This document shows, in pieces, positions 63,910 to 64,000 of a stretch of DNA of 64,000 bases (within the stretch, counting starts at the first letter, position 1; each line of letters starts with the position of its first letter). This DNA comes from an uncultured Methanomicrobiales archaeon. GTDB taxonomy: Archaea; Halobacteriota; Methanomicrobia; Methanomicrobiales; Methanospirillaceae. The stretch lies in NCBI GenBank assembly GCA_963758915.1, contig CAVWXH010000016.1:224001-288000 (forward strand), in the 5' to 3' direction. The notes under the pieces were generated by a model that saw nothing but the letters and a program-made list of their open reading frames with translations, searched no databases and had not been told where the DNA came from. A program made the position numbers and the translations under genes.

Positions 63910-64000
63910 ATGTCCGAGATGGATGCCTACCGGGCACTCTATATCGCCGAATCGAGGGAAAACCACGAAAATATTGTAAAAAATCTTCTTGTGCTCGAGA
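63910..64000 (+). CDS. cheA: chemotaxis histidine kinase CheA, N-terminal Hpt start (truncated by window edge)
   Basis: MSEMDAYRALYIAESRENHENIVKNLLVLE directly after cheB. Confidence 0.8.
   Translation, partial: MSEMDAYRALYIAESRENHENIVKNLLVLE

Overview
This window is chromosomal DNA from a methanogenic archaeon. Gene content and protein style point to Methanomicrobiales (Methanoregula/Methanolinea/Methanospirillum-like), which is an inference. From start to end it contains: a convergent cis-prenyltransferase pair, PolX-PHP, tRNA-Arg(GCG) with small accessory ORFs, thiM/thiE, tRNA-Glu(TTC), ilvE, a coenzyme F430 cluster (cfbA-E-D-B, no cfbC), marker-9/citG/DUF447, hypA/hypE, an MptG-like gene, a degenerate rubredoxin plus fprA, a three-gene nitrogenase-like operon (NifH/CfbC-type Fe protein plus two short NifD-like and NifK-like subunits), leuCDB-like genes, housekeeping genes (nusA, hisE, dph5, pan, purB, XPD helicase, ogt, mobA), and a large chemotaxis/archaellum region (parA, PAS-CheW, cheW, cheR, TM-HEAT protein, arlB-CDE-G-F-H-I-J, an acidic membrane protein, cheF, cheY, cheB, start of cheA). 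Three copies of a modular MITE-like repeat with IS903-like ends are present. The best candidates for undescribed biology are (1) the NifH + NifD/K-like operon, whose two subunits each keep three cluster cysteines and which is distinct from CfbD, and (2) a possible archaeal polar-organising module (ParA + PAS-CheW + acidic membrane anchor + TM-HEAT protein) within the che/arl region. Several genes (cfbB, fprA, parA, arlB, arlJ) are broken by single extra bases, most likely from sequencing or assembly errors. All calls come from motif recognition by eye; no database searches were run.
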